Origin: Octopus vulgaris | Taxonomy: Eukaryota | Assembly (NCBI GenBank): GCA_951406725.2 | Contig: OX597815.1 | Span: 156,178,001-156,242,000, forward strand | DNA: 64,000 nucleotides | Direction of reading: 5' to 3' | Notes under the pieces: generated by a model | Databases searched by the model: none | The model's input: the letters and a program-made list of their open reading frames with translations, nothing else | Told to the model about the DNA's origin: nothing | Position numbers and translations under genes: made by a program | Shown here: one piece after another, positions 53,241-64,000 of the stretch | Numbering within the stretch: the stretch's first letter is position 1 | Layout of the letters: each line of letters starts with the position of its first letter

Positions 53241-54869
53241 GTATCTTATTAGATATTTTCGTTTATGTATGTAGCAGTACACCTTAATAGATATACTCCA
53301 GTATTATTTGAGAAATTGTTATTTCTATTGCTATACCCATCTGAAGCTGCTAGTTTATTTTCCTTTATAAACAAAGTTACAATAAATTTAATCTCTTGTA
53401 CACTTATTAGATGCTTGTAGTAAACATAGAAATCGAAATCTACGAAAACTCACTAGTGAGAGAAGACAGAATAAGATTCAGTTTCATCACATACAGGCTA
53501 CATTAGCCTTCTGAATGATACATTGCGAAGAACCTTCGTTCTGTAAATAAGAAGACTGCATTCAATTTTTTACTCGAAGAAACTCCGGAGATGCTAATGA
53601 TTCTGATAAAGTTCAAAGAAATGTCCACTTACTGCTAATGTTGTAATATTAGTAATTTGAATAGACGTGTGGAGAACGGTCCAGTAATTCTACTCCAATG
53701 ACTATAAATGAGGTGTTGCATGGAAAATTGAAGACTAACTGTTTAAAGCAATGGAAATTAGGTTACAATGATGGAACAGATATTAAGAATGCTGGTTTAA
53801 AAATCTTTGGATTCATATCGATTGAGAAATTAAGAGCAACAAGCTTTTAAATGTGAATAGTTTATTCAGTGTAACAGGAAACGCTTGGTGCAAATGTAAC
53901 AAGCCTGTTTCATTTAATTGATTCATCGGGGTGAGAAGATATAACCTTACTGTATTAAAGTGTTGCAGAAGTGGTTTTGAATGTCAAATGAATATTGAAA
54001 TCAAATGTTGATGCGTTTATTAATTTGTATTTTGATGGTTTCAAATTAACATTTTATATATTCGCAAGATAAGGAATAGAAAAAGGGATTTGATTAAACT
54101 ATACCACTCTATTATCAGTACTGGATTTCGTTTTGATGTTTTAATTAACTATCCGTGTTATGCACAGTGAGTTAACATTGGAAAATCGATAACATTAGCA
54201 ATTGCATTTTGAAAATTTTAAAGTTAGATTTGGCAAATAATGAGCTTTAAGATTCTTTTATTGAGATAATTAAGACTGTTCTCAATGAACAAAGATTGAA
54301 TTCATATGACGTACACTAATCATTTCATCGAATTCCTTTATCTACATCACAGTTTGGTCTTTGTAAAGAACAACGTTTGCAATTCTGGCAAGAAGTGTGT
54401 GTGTGGGGTTATTTTTTCTGAATAATTCGAAACATTGTATTAACATATCAAGAGCATATTTCCTTCATTATCTATGGTGAAGATATTCTATAAAACGAAT
54501 TGATTTTAATGACACTAATCTTAATACTTTCAAATTCTCAAATTTATTATTCGAGGTAAATTAAAGCCGAAGGAAACTAAGATTTTCGACCGGTTAAACG
54601 TTTCTCTTTATATTATTGCAGTGGAGGATATGATTTGAATGGAATTTACATCCCAGGAACTTATACATTCACAAAGGATTTTTATTCAAATATATAATAG
54701 AAAGCTTTAAAGATATTCGAGCTACTCAACTCAGTCTCTGTTTAGTTGGCTCTCTTCATTTGTATGTCAGTATTTCTCTCTCTTTCTCTCTCTCTATCAC
54801 TCTTTCTTTCATACATACATACATATATACATAAACAAATACATAAATATATATATATATATATATATT

Positions 54870-54924
<55 letters not shown>

Positions 54925-55269
54925 ATGAAAACTGGCTTTTGCACCCTTTGTTAAAAATAGAAAAACCAGAAGCATGTACACATAGAGATAAAGGAAAAAA
55001 TTATTGCTAATTGAATCCAGTGACAATATTCATCTAGTATGGTATTTTAGAGGTCGACTGTAGAAGAAATATGGTCACATGCTCACTGTCTCAAATGAAA
55101 TTAATAAGAAACACATGAATATATATAGAGAGACATCAAAAACATTAACACAAATTGTGTGTGAAAATTAAAGTTAGAGGCAGGGAAAATGAAAGCAATA
55201 GAGAGATATAAAGAGATATGTGGATAGGTAAATAGACAAATACTTCATCACTAATTCCTAGTCTCTAAC

Positions 55270-55530
55270 CTACAGGTATACTGTCATTTCTCTCTTTCTT
55301 TTCTACAATGGCAATTGCTCCTCTAATATAATGATCTCTGCTTCAATGTGTTGGCTACTTTCGCACTTTCAACACTCAGGCATCTCATTGTCCCTCGTCT
55401 CTACACTTCCTGGGCTTTTCATAAACCCAGTTACCATTTTTTTGCACTAACCACTATACCCATCGTTGCTTCCCAGAATATCGTCTATCTGGAATCTGGT
55501 AGTTCATTTCGCAACAGTCTATACGGAACA
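55270..55530 (+). pseudogene. Decayed CR1/Jockey-group LINE fragment
   Basis: FYNGNCSS and TNHYTHRCFP motifs, related to the 52900 fragment. Confidence 0.45.
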
Positions 55531-57009
55531 TTAACAATATCAGTTTTATTAGTCACGGACAATCTGCTAAAGATATCGGCTCTTTCCCTTTATCGATTCG
55601 GCAACTAATGAAAAATAGACTGCTATGTATAAATGCAGAGAGATAGAGATTCAGATAAATGTCTTGTATTGCTTCAGGCACTTGAATCTCTGTTGGAGTT
55701 GTAGGGGCACCGATGTGACATACAGCTCGTATTGGGAATATAAACCTATTGCGGCTTGCCTCTCACCTTTTCTGGCCATAGCTGTTTGCTCCTCAGAAAG
55801 TGAGACTAAAAAAGAAGAAGAGGGCAAAAGAGGGAAAAATGAAACCTACTTTTGGACTGGTATTTGCTGACGCCGAAAAATGAAAAGAAATTTTGACCTT
55901 GGTTAGAGAAAAAGATACTGCAGTTTATTTGGTCCGACGCTGTAACGACTCAGATGCATTGAAACAGTGAAACAGAAGCATAAAGAGCTGAACAAATAAA
56001 GGCATACATAGTTTATCATATAAGTCTACGTATCTGGTGGTAAGCGTGTCTCTACATGGACAATACCTCTTGGAATAAGGAAATCACTTGAAAGGCTACA
56101 ATATTATTATTATTAATTATTTTATATTCTCTTATATGTTGAGATTTTATTCAGTAGTCCTTTGTTAATTACGGTACATCTCATATATATGTTATAGTTA
56201 TATAATTCTATTTTCTATCATTTACATCACTTTCTTTATGCATCATCACAAACGAATATAGTCTGACATGCGTCAGATACTTTCACTTATAAAATAAAAA
56301 TAATAATAACAATTGAATTATAAGTAGTAAGTAATAATTAAAATCAAACTAAAGTATAATATAATCGTAACATAACAAAAGTAAAAATAGCAATTGGTAT
56401 AAAATTGCATCAATGACTTGAACTTGAATAAGTGGTTTCACATGAATGGTAATAAATTAAAAATAAAATTAGCGTGCAGAAATGGAATAGTCCAGATGGA
56501 TAATAAAAAATTAAATTAAAGAAAAGACTATTGTCTATAAAGTATACAATGTAGAGAAAAAAGAAGATTTGAACACATGGAGGAAAGCACCTTCGAAAAG
56601 TGTCTTGGTGCGACTATGAAAGATAAATTCACCACAATAGAAGCAAGGTTCGAGTCAACGGGAGCGTGCAAGGGAGTACTCGACTCGAACTTGCAAAGTG
56701 GAAATATTTTATTTTTACCTTTATATCGTGGACGTAGGACGTCCCGGGAAAAAATTTAAAATGCCCCTCCCCCACAGAAATAGAGGTAGGCTGGATTGTA
56801 GCCACACTTCTAAACAAGAGGGAGGGCAATATACAATTGATCGAAATTACAAAAGACGGGCTAACAATTCCAGTCTGTTATATATTTTGAGTATTGTTAT
56901 CACTAGCGATATCAAGATATAACTTTGTATTTTGTATTTTATGTGTAGATGTATATATATAGATGTACATGTAATATGTACACATATATATATACACATA
57001 TATACATGC

Positions 57010-57051
57010 ACTAGCCCTATGACCCGGCAACGCCGGGTCTTTAATGCTAGT
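57010..57051. mobile_element. Isolated Helitron 3' terminal hairpin with CTAG on both sides
   Basis: ACTAG-CCCTAT-GACCCGGC AAC GCCGGGTC-TTTAATG-CTAGT; the same hairpin occurs at 37408. Confidence 0.7.
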
Positions 57052-57058
57052 ATATATA

Positions 57059-57122
<64 letters not shown>

Positions 57123-58353
57123 TGCCAAATTGTGCGATTATATATCAGTTTGAGTATTCCAGATGCGTATTGTGTCCCATGTTTGACAAGAAATCCCTGA
57201 CATTTAGAAATGAAAAAAACTTCTCGGCAAATATTTCCTAATGAAATATAGATGATGGGAACTTGAAGGTAGAAGTAATAACGAAATATTTTAAAAAACA
57301 AAGCTTTATAAAGCGAGGGTGTGTATGTGAGTATATGTGTGCGCGCGCACTAAAATATAGAACTTTCTTGTTTACTAACAATGAAACAAACAATGACATC
57401 ACTAAAATGCTTCTGTAAGAAAAGACTTTCGGAATTAATCACGTTCTTAAAATATGAAGTGATATATGACTAGATATGAAAACAAATTCAATGAACCTCA
57501 GTTAAAGCATATAGATGGCTCTCGTATATAATCATATAACATTGCTGAACTATAAATACTGACTGACTGACTGACTGACATGCTGATCAACAGACATGGA
57601 GAAATATTGAAAACTATGCACACATATATTGTAAGAAGAAAAAAAAAATCATGCATAGATAAATAAAACAAAAAAGATGCATAAATTGACAGATTGCTGT
57701 TATACATATGTAGATGATATCCTTCTTAAATATGGATATATATTAGAGCTAGAAGCTATTCTGCATCACCTATTCCTTTCCTTTCTTCTTCGCCCCTTGT
57801 CTGAACTAGTCATTTCTTTGTCTAAATGATTTAGAAAAAATATTCTTTTTAAAAAGCTCTTCGTGTCATTTCCAGCAAAATTTATCACATGTCAATGCAG
57901 AAGATATACAGCCATGCCATAAATAATGATAAGAATCTTTTCTACATCAACTGTAATATCAACCCAACAATGGAAATAAATACAGATGGTTTATGCATCA
58001 ACAAATAAATAATGAGTATATGATAGACATATACATTCCTCAAAACTGAATATTACGCAACTACATGAATTATAGGAAACTGTAGTAGATAATTTTTCAA
58101 TTAATATGAAAACCTTTACATATGTCTGTCTCAGATTTCCTCCTGAACTAATTTATTTCAGAAAAAAAACACATAGCCCTTCCTGGCAAATCAGGGAAGC
58201 GAACAGACGTGACACCTTCTTAAATGCCACAAGCACATACGCATACACACAGCCATAAAAGTTTTGATATATGTGTGTGCGTGTGTGTGTGTATGCGTGT
58301 ATGTTTGAGTGAGTGTGTATGTGTGTGCGTGTGTAATGAAAGTATAAATACAA

Positions 58354-58384
<31 letters not shown>

Positions 58385-58403
<19 letters not shown>

Positions 58404-59975
58404 CTTTGCCTCTCTCTGTGTCTCAAACGGCTCAACCAAATCAAATCAAATTTTACCAGGTAATAGTCTCACACCCCGTGAGCGTCAACATGTAGTTTTG
58501 CTTCCATTTGGATTAAAACAATATAACATTAGCACTGGTTTGGTATTACGTGTCAAAAGTGATAAGGCTGTAAGATTGTTTCATTTTTATTCTTTTACTT
58601 TTAATTCTAACTTTATAACACTAAAATTATCTTATTTCTAAAACAAATAGCAGTTCATACATGTGCTTCTATTTGGTTAATTTATACAGTATACAAAAAT
58701 TTAAAGAAACTACTTATATACAGCTGCTTACTAACAATAGAGATTGATGTATAAATTTTTCCATGTTCATCATTTTTGTCACGATATTGAGAAAGTATAT
58801 GCCACCAAAGAAAAGACGTAATTTCTTCAGAAGTAAATATAAAGCAAGAAGGATTGTAAAAAAAATGAATGTGAGAATCTCAAGAGAAAAGAGAAATGAT
58901 TTTCACAACATCAGCAAACACAGTCAACAGCACATCAAATGGAGTCTCAAGACAGAAACGAGATGAGACTTTCTCAAGATCAGCAAAAACATGCTGCAGC
59001 ACATCAGATGGAGACTCAATACAAAAAGATGAGACTTTCTCATGATCAGTAAATGCATGCTGCAACATGTCAGATGCAGTCACAAGAGAGAAGGGAGATG
59101 AGACTTTACCAAGATCAGCAAAGGCACGCTGCAGCACTTAATGCTGAATCATTAAAAGAACATTTTAATGATTAGAGAGAGATCCAATAGAATAACTCTC
59201 AGAAACAGACTACGTACAAATTCGTTCTTCACAAATCCTGGAGCTGCTTTCAGATATGATCTATTCCATACTTATGAAAATTACAATATTGTCCAAATTG
59301 TTTTGCTAAACTCAAATTGTCGTTTCTGCAAAAGTTTAAAATTTCCAAATGAAACTAATGGCTTGTTCTACTCAAGCGGTAAGGTAACGTTGTCAGCACT
59401 GCCAACTCTTCCTGAACCTCTTACAGATCTTCTGGAAGGCACTTCCATACAGTCAAACGATTTTCTGAACAATATCACGCAATATAATTCTGAATTTCAA
59501 ATAACATCGTTTGGTGTACCTAAGGTGATAGTCGAACATGGATTTACGCCGACGTTCAAGAGCAAGTCTATCACCTTATTGGTTTCCCGTTACCAACAGA
59601 CGAACATCCACTTTCTCCAAACTTACTTTATGAGTGATGTAGGACAACAAACCCGAAGGAGGTATCAAAACTTCAGACGATGAGTCGTGTTAGACGCAGC
59701 GCTGAAGCCGCAAAGGAAAGTATATTCACTGACAGCTTTTCCGTGCGTTCAAATATCACATAACCCCCATCTCAATTTTCCATGTAAGGTTAGAGCCTGG
59801 AATAATCCAAACGGACGCGTGGTATGTCTCTTAGTCGAATTAGCCCATAATTTACTCCCCAAACGTTTAGTCGCCAATGCTACACTTTCCCGTATCACCT
59901 ATTAACATAATTGTAATATATATATATACAAACTATGACATTTTAATCCAGAGCAACGCCGGGTATCTTTGCTAG
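58385..59975 (+). mobile_element. Internally deleted Helitron retaining the RepHel N-terminus
   Basis: The 5' region (CAAACGGCTCAACCAAATC..AAATTTT) emerges from (TA)n. 3' end GCAACGCCGGGTATCTTTG-CTAG|T; internal coding relic. Confidence 0.8.
58799..59640 (+). pseudogene. Helitron RepHel N-terminal region (charged repeats plus Zn-finger/Helitron_like_N lead-in), frameshifted
   Basis: MPPKKRR start, about 63-nt repeats encoding ExQxxREMRLxQDQQxHAAA, then AAFRYD..CRFCKSLKFPNE..GKVTL..LPEPL..LL..FLNNITQYNSEFQITSFG. Confidence 0.85.
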
Positions 59976-60696
59976 TTTCCCAATAAGCTTTCTTTATATT
60001 CCTGACCAGATAATTCTATGTTCTAAAAACTGCCATTGCACCAAAGTTTATATCTTGCTAAATCTGATGCAAAAATTCAGAGCTGTTGTTAAAAACGTAT
60101 TTTTAATAAAATTGAAGAAGAATCTCCACAAACAATTGATTAAATATTTTGGCAAAATAACAAATTCTATCATCTTTAGCACTGACTCCCGAGAAGTACC
60201 CTGAAGTCATTAGGAAATAAACAGTCATAAATCAACTTACAATATTACCAACAACAACAACAACAACAAATATGTATGTGTATAGGAAGTCGTAACAATA
60301 GAAGACCAGCGGTTACAAAATAATCAATTTGAGAAAAATAAAAGAGACTGGCAATTTCTAATCCTAACAAGAAAACCGAACCATTAAAATAAAGCAAATA
60401 GTATTCGGCCAACTGATAATATCATTGCTCCATTTTTCATATCAATTCTAACGTGTAGACGTTTCCAGTTTATGAGTAGTCGCGTGTAGACTGTTCTCAC
60501 ATATCTCAAGTACTATATTTTTATATCGCCTTCTTTAGCATAAAATAAGACGACTGCTTATCTCAGAAATAAATATCGTAACGGAATCGTAACGATTTTG
60601 TGAATATGGGAAATGTTCCTGTATTCATAACTCTAACAAAAGGCATTTGTTAACTATTGCGATGATTACACACAGACACACATATATATGTATGTG

Positions 60697-60937
60697 TGTG
60701 TGTGAAATATAACCTGTCTTGAATGGCACAACAATGCAGAGTGGACTATAATAACTGTTATAATTTAATTATCCATAGTCTGATATAATATGGGTAATTG
60801 TATTATAGTCCACTCTGCCTTGTCGTGCCATTCAAAACACGTTATATTTTACAAACAATACACAATGCTTCCAGCGAACCAATACTCCCTTGTATATATA
60901 CTCCCCTGTCGTTCTGGATTAAAATGACATAGTTTGT
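60697..60937. mobile_element. Short fold-back element with one-sided tail ending in (TA)n
   Basis: AAATATAACCTGTCTTGAATGGCACAACAATGCAGAGTGGACTATAATA pairs with TATTATAGTCCACTCTGCCTTGTCGTGCCATTCAAAACACGTTATATTT. Inner hairpin AATTATCCATA/TATGGGTAATT. Confidence 0.7.
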
Positions 60938-61857
60938 ATATATATATATATAACAACGAGCAAAATGCCCCGCGTCCAATTGACGGTGCTGAATCATATC
61001 TGCTGAATAAAAAGCAATCAGTGTTTTCTTTTCATTAAAAAATACTTAAGCATGCCTTTATTTTAATAAAATTTTTGGTTTTGTTAAACGAAGTTAAGGC
61101 CAAAAAAAAAAAAAATCTTTTTGAGAAACCAAATAGTCTTTCTTTCAGGCCAAGTTTGAAGAAAATATCTCTTTTGCATCTTACATCTTTGGTCTCTTAA
61201 ATGTACAGCATTTTGTGGCATCATTTCAAGCCAGCCGGGTTTTTACGCAAACTGCACGTGCACTTTTCTCGCGTACGCGTAGTATCGATCGCAACAACTG
61301 ATGTACTTGCGCGTACAAATGCACGTTTCCACTACTTTATTGATCGCATTCTCACCTGGAATCAATTTTTGCAATTTTTTCAAGACTTATACACGCTCTG
61401 ATACTATTATAACAAATGCTTCTGTGTGTTACCGAGAAATTTAGAGAGAGCGAAAAAATGCTTTTTCTAAGTAAACAATTCTAAACTTGTTTTTTAAAAA
61501 GAAATCTATAAGTCTGTTTACGCGTGCTTGTGAATCAGCGATGGCGTCTACAAGTTATGATGTGCACCAGTCTAGAGCGAGTGAAAGTGATTCAGAAAAC
61601 GATTTTAGTAATACTATATTCTATTATAAATGATCTTGACATTCATTTTACTTTACATAAAATATTCTTTACATTCTACTGTTGTTTTATTGTCATTTAT
61701 TCATGAGTGTTATAGATTTTATTGGTAAGCGAATCACGATTTATAACATTGCTACTGTGGGAAATGATTGCTCTGCTTTACGAGTTTTTGCTTTCGGAGC
61801 TGTCTCCGGGAACAAAACAGCTCGTATGTCGAGGCGTTACTCTACATTTATCGTCGT

Positions 61858-62169
61858 GGCACTCCGTTGGTTACGACGACGAGGGTTCCAGCCTGCTCAT
61901 GAAATTAACGTGCAAGTGGCTGAGCACTCCACAGACACGTGAATGTGACAAAGCTGGTCCTTTGAAATACAGGTACAACAGAAACATAAAGAAAGTGTGG
62001 GGGGAAATTGTGCTGAAAGAGTGCAGCAGGGTTCACCCTCCCTGCCGGAGCTTCGTGAAGCTTTAGCTGTTTTCGCCCAATAAACACGCACAACGCCCGG
62101 TCTGGGATTCGAAACCGAGATCCTACAACTGCAGTTCCGCTGTCCTAACCACTGGGCCATTGCGCCTCC
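61858..62169 (-). mobile_element. tRNA-derived SINE, family C
   Basis: GGAGGCGCAATGGCCCAGTGGTTAGG and GGTTTCGAATCCC boxes; tail GGAACCCTCGTCGTCGTAACCAACGGAGTGCC. Confidence 0.88.
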
Positions 62170-62199
62170 ACTGTATATCCACGTCGAGTTAATGTAATT

Positions 62200-62300
62200 A
62201 AAAGTTGGTTTCAGTGATATTCGAACTTTAAAAATGTAAAGAATCAGAAGAAATCCCGCAAAGCATTTTGTTCGGCGTTCAAATAATTCTACCACTCCGC
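62200..62300 (-). mobile_element. Degenerate family-B SINE head (similar relics at about 50600-50770, 55780-55950, 63160-63370)
   Basis: AAGCATTTTGTTCGGCGTTC..ATTCTACCA resembles the family-B head on the minus strand. Confidence 0.5.
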
Positions 62301-62396
62301 TACCAGGAGGTTATACAATTCAACAGATATGCAAATGTGTAGAAAGGGAGCCTGTTACTCGTAGCATTTGTTTTTATAAGTAGCAATAAGCTCTCT

Positions 62397-62443
<47 letters not shown>

Positions 62444-62962
62444 GCTACTTGTACTCTCTGCAAGAAGATTACGAGAAGACACTGTTTATATAACAACGAT
62501 AACAAGTTGTAATTCGTACAAATATTGCCGGATTCATCTTGCAGAGCGACACATACACACGCTCCCACACACAAACGCATGCAAAGAAAGAAGGTGAAAG
62601 AAAGAGAGACGTAAAGAAGGAATAACAGAGGGAGAGCAATATTTGTGTTTTAAGCATAGATTATATCTATACAGTTTGGCTGAGTGCATATCAATTCAAG
62701 CTACACATACTATCACATTAAGAGTTGACTCTCATAAACTCATATTGCCCCATTTTTTTATTTATAAGTATATTAATATATATGAATGTGTATATATATA
62801 TATGCGTTTAATAAAATACAGAAAATATATATCGCATTACATGGGTTATAAAACACATGTTTCGTCAACTTACTGTCAGGATTACATACATGCTTGTTGA
62901 AACAGATATTATATAATATGAAACACTTCTTCAGTGTTTAGTAACAAAATATTTGAACTGAC

Positions 62963-63071
62963 CTTGGTTTTCTTGAACTCCAGATAGTCTCTGTTTCGAT
63001 CTTTCATTTTTGCGTAAACTCATTTTGGCGCGAGATACTGAATTGTTGTCCTGTACTGATACAGCGTCGTA
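62963..63071 (-). CDS. Putative 109-nt exon of an unidentified host gene
   Basis: Strong acceptor TTTCTTTTTTTTCTCTATTTACAG|, donor AAG|GTCAGT, and one open frame YDAVSVQDNNSVSRAKMSLRKNERSKQRLSGVQENQ(G). No recognisable homology. Confidence 0.4.
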
Positions 63072-63754
63072 CTGTAAATAGAGAAAAAAAAGAAACCATT
63101 GAATTTGATGAATTTCTTCTCTGGAACAGCAATAATTCATATTTCATAATGATGGTTTTTGATTTAGACACAACGTCAGCAAATTTGAAGGGAGGGTTTT
63201 AGTTAAGATAACCTCGACCTTAATGCTTAAGAGGTATTTTGATTTATCGATCCAAAAAGAATTAAATGCAAATAGACGGCATTTGGAATTGGATTGAGAA
63301 CGTAAAGATTTTTTTTTTAATGCCTTCAGGTGGTTCGTTTGACGTTATAACGATTCAATTAGCTCGGAAAGAACCTAGAGAATTTCACATTTTTCTAAAG
63401 ATAAAAACAGCGTTTCATCCATAGCTGAATCTTCAACGACAGTTGCATGTTAAAGGCAATTGGAAGACAATATATATCCTCAATTCTCACGGAAACTATT
63501 ACTTAAAAAATATCCCATTCTCCGCTAGAAGTTTTGGATTTTGAATATATTCATCTTTCAAACTTAATGCTTAGTTTTCTCTTAACGCTCTATTAAGAAT
63601 ATAAATAAGACTGGAACATGTTTTCTAAAAACTAAAATATTACCCCCTTCTTCGCTGTATTTAGATCTCTCGCTATAGTAAATATATGTTGAATTACATG
63701 GAGTGCAGTCCATTTACATACATACACACATACATACATACATACATACATACA

Positions 63755-63808
<54 letters not shown>

Positions 63809-64000
63809 AATATGATAATCAATTGGAAAATCAGATTTATATATATATCGAGACAAACCACTATCAAAACAAACAGAAAGACTAATCAATATATATATAT
63901 ACTACGTTCATGTCTTAATGACACACGATCTAAAATATCATATATATATATGTACGTATATGGCGGCAAAAAAAACACACATATATATATATATATATAT

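Noticed and set aside
53541-53632. Apparent 92-nt minus-strand intron (GTAAGT...TTTACAG), and a 30-nt micro-exon candidate near 51486-51517
   Set aside because: Flanking frames close quickly or lack homology, and such signals arise by chance in AT-rich DNA.
58880-59140. Regular repeats of about 63 nt resembling an array
   Set aside because: There are no unique spacers; these are coding repeats of the Helitron N-terminus, not CRISPR.
61090-61640. TTAAGG-initiated segment with a short acidic ORF (MASTSYD..SESDSEND), suggestive of a Kolobok/piggyBac-type non-autonomous element
   Set aside because: No matching second terminus was found.

Overview
This is AT-rich eukaryotic DNA, dense in microsatellites ((AT)n, (AC)n, (AG)n, (AAT)n, (ATAC)n) and dominated by transposable elements. 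The tRNA-derived SINE families suggest a coleoid cephalopod, most likely Octopus (inference, no database search). Almost all listed ORFs are microsatellite artefacts, and no complete host gene is visible. There is one plausible minus-strand exon (62963-63071). Recognisable elements are three SINE families, restriction-like-endonuclease (R4/Dong-type) LINEs stacked in (TAA)n tracts, Tx1, RTE and CR1-like LINE relics, Helitrons, MITEs and Penelope-like (PLE) remnants. The most notable signal is a set of sequence-unrelated fold-back elements in (TA)n tracts. Several carry type-I hammerhead ribozyme cores with palindromic, dimer-type stem III, an asymmetric tail and a shared TTTACCCT-like terminal motif. 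A pri-miRNA-like hairpin lies in unique sequence at 43189-43261. Coordinates were read by eye and are approximate for degenerate elements.
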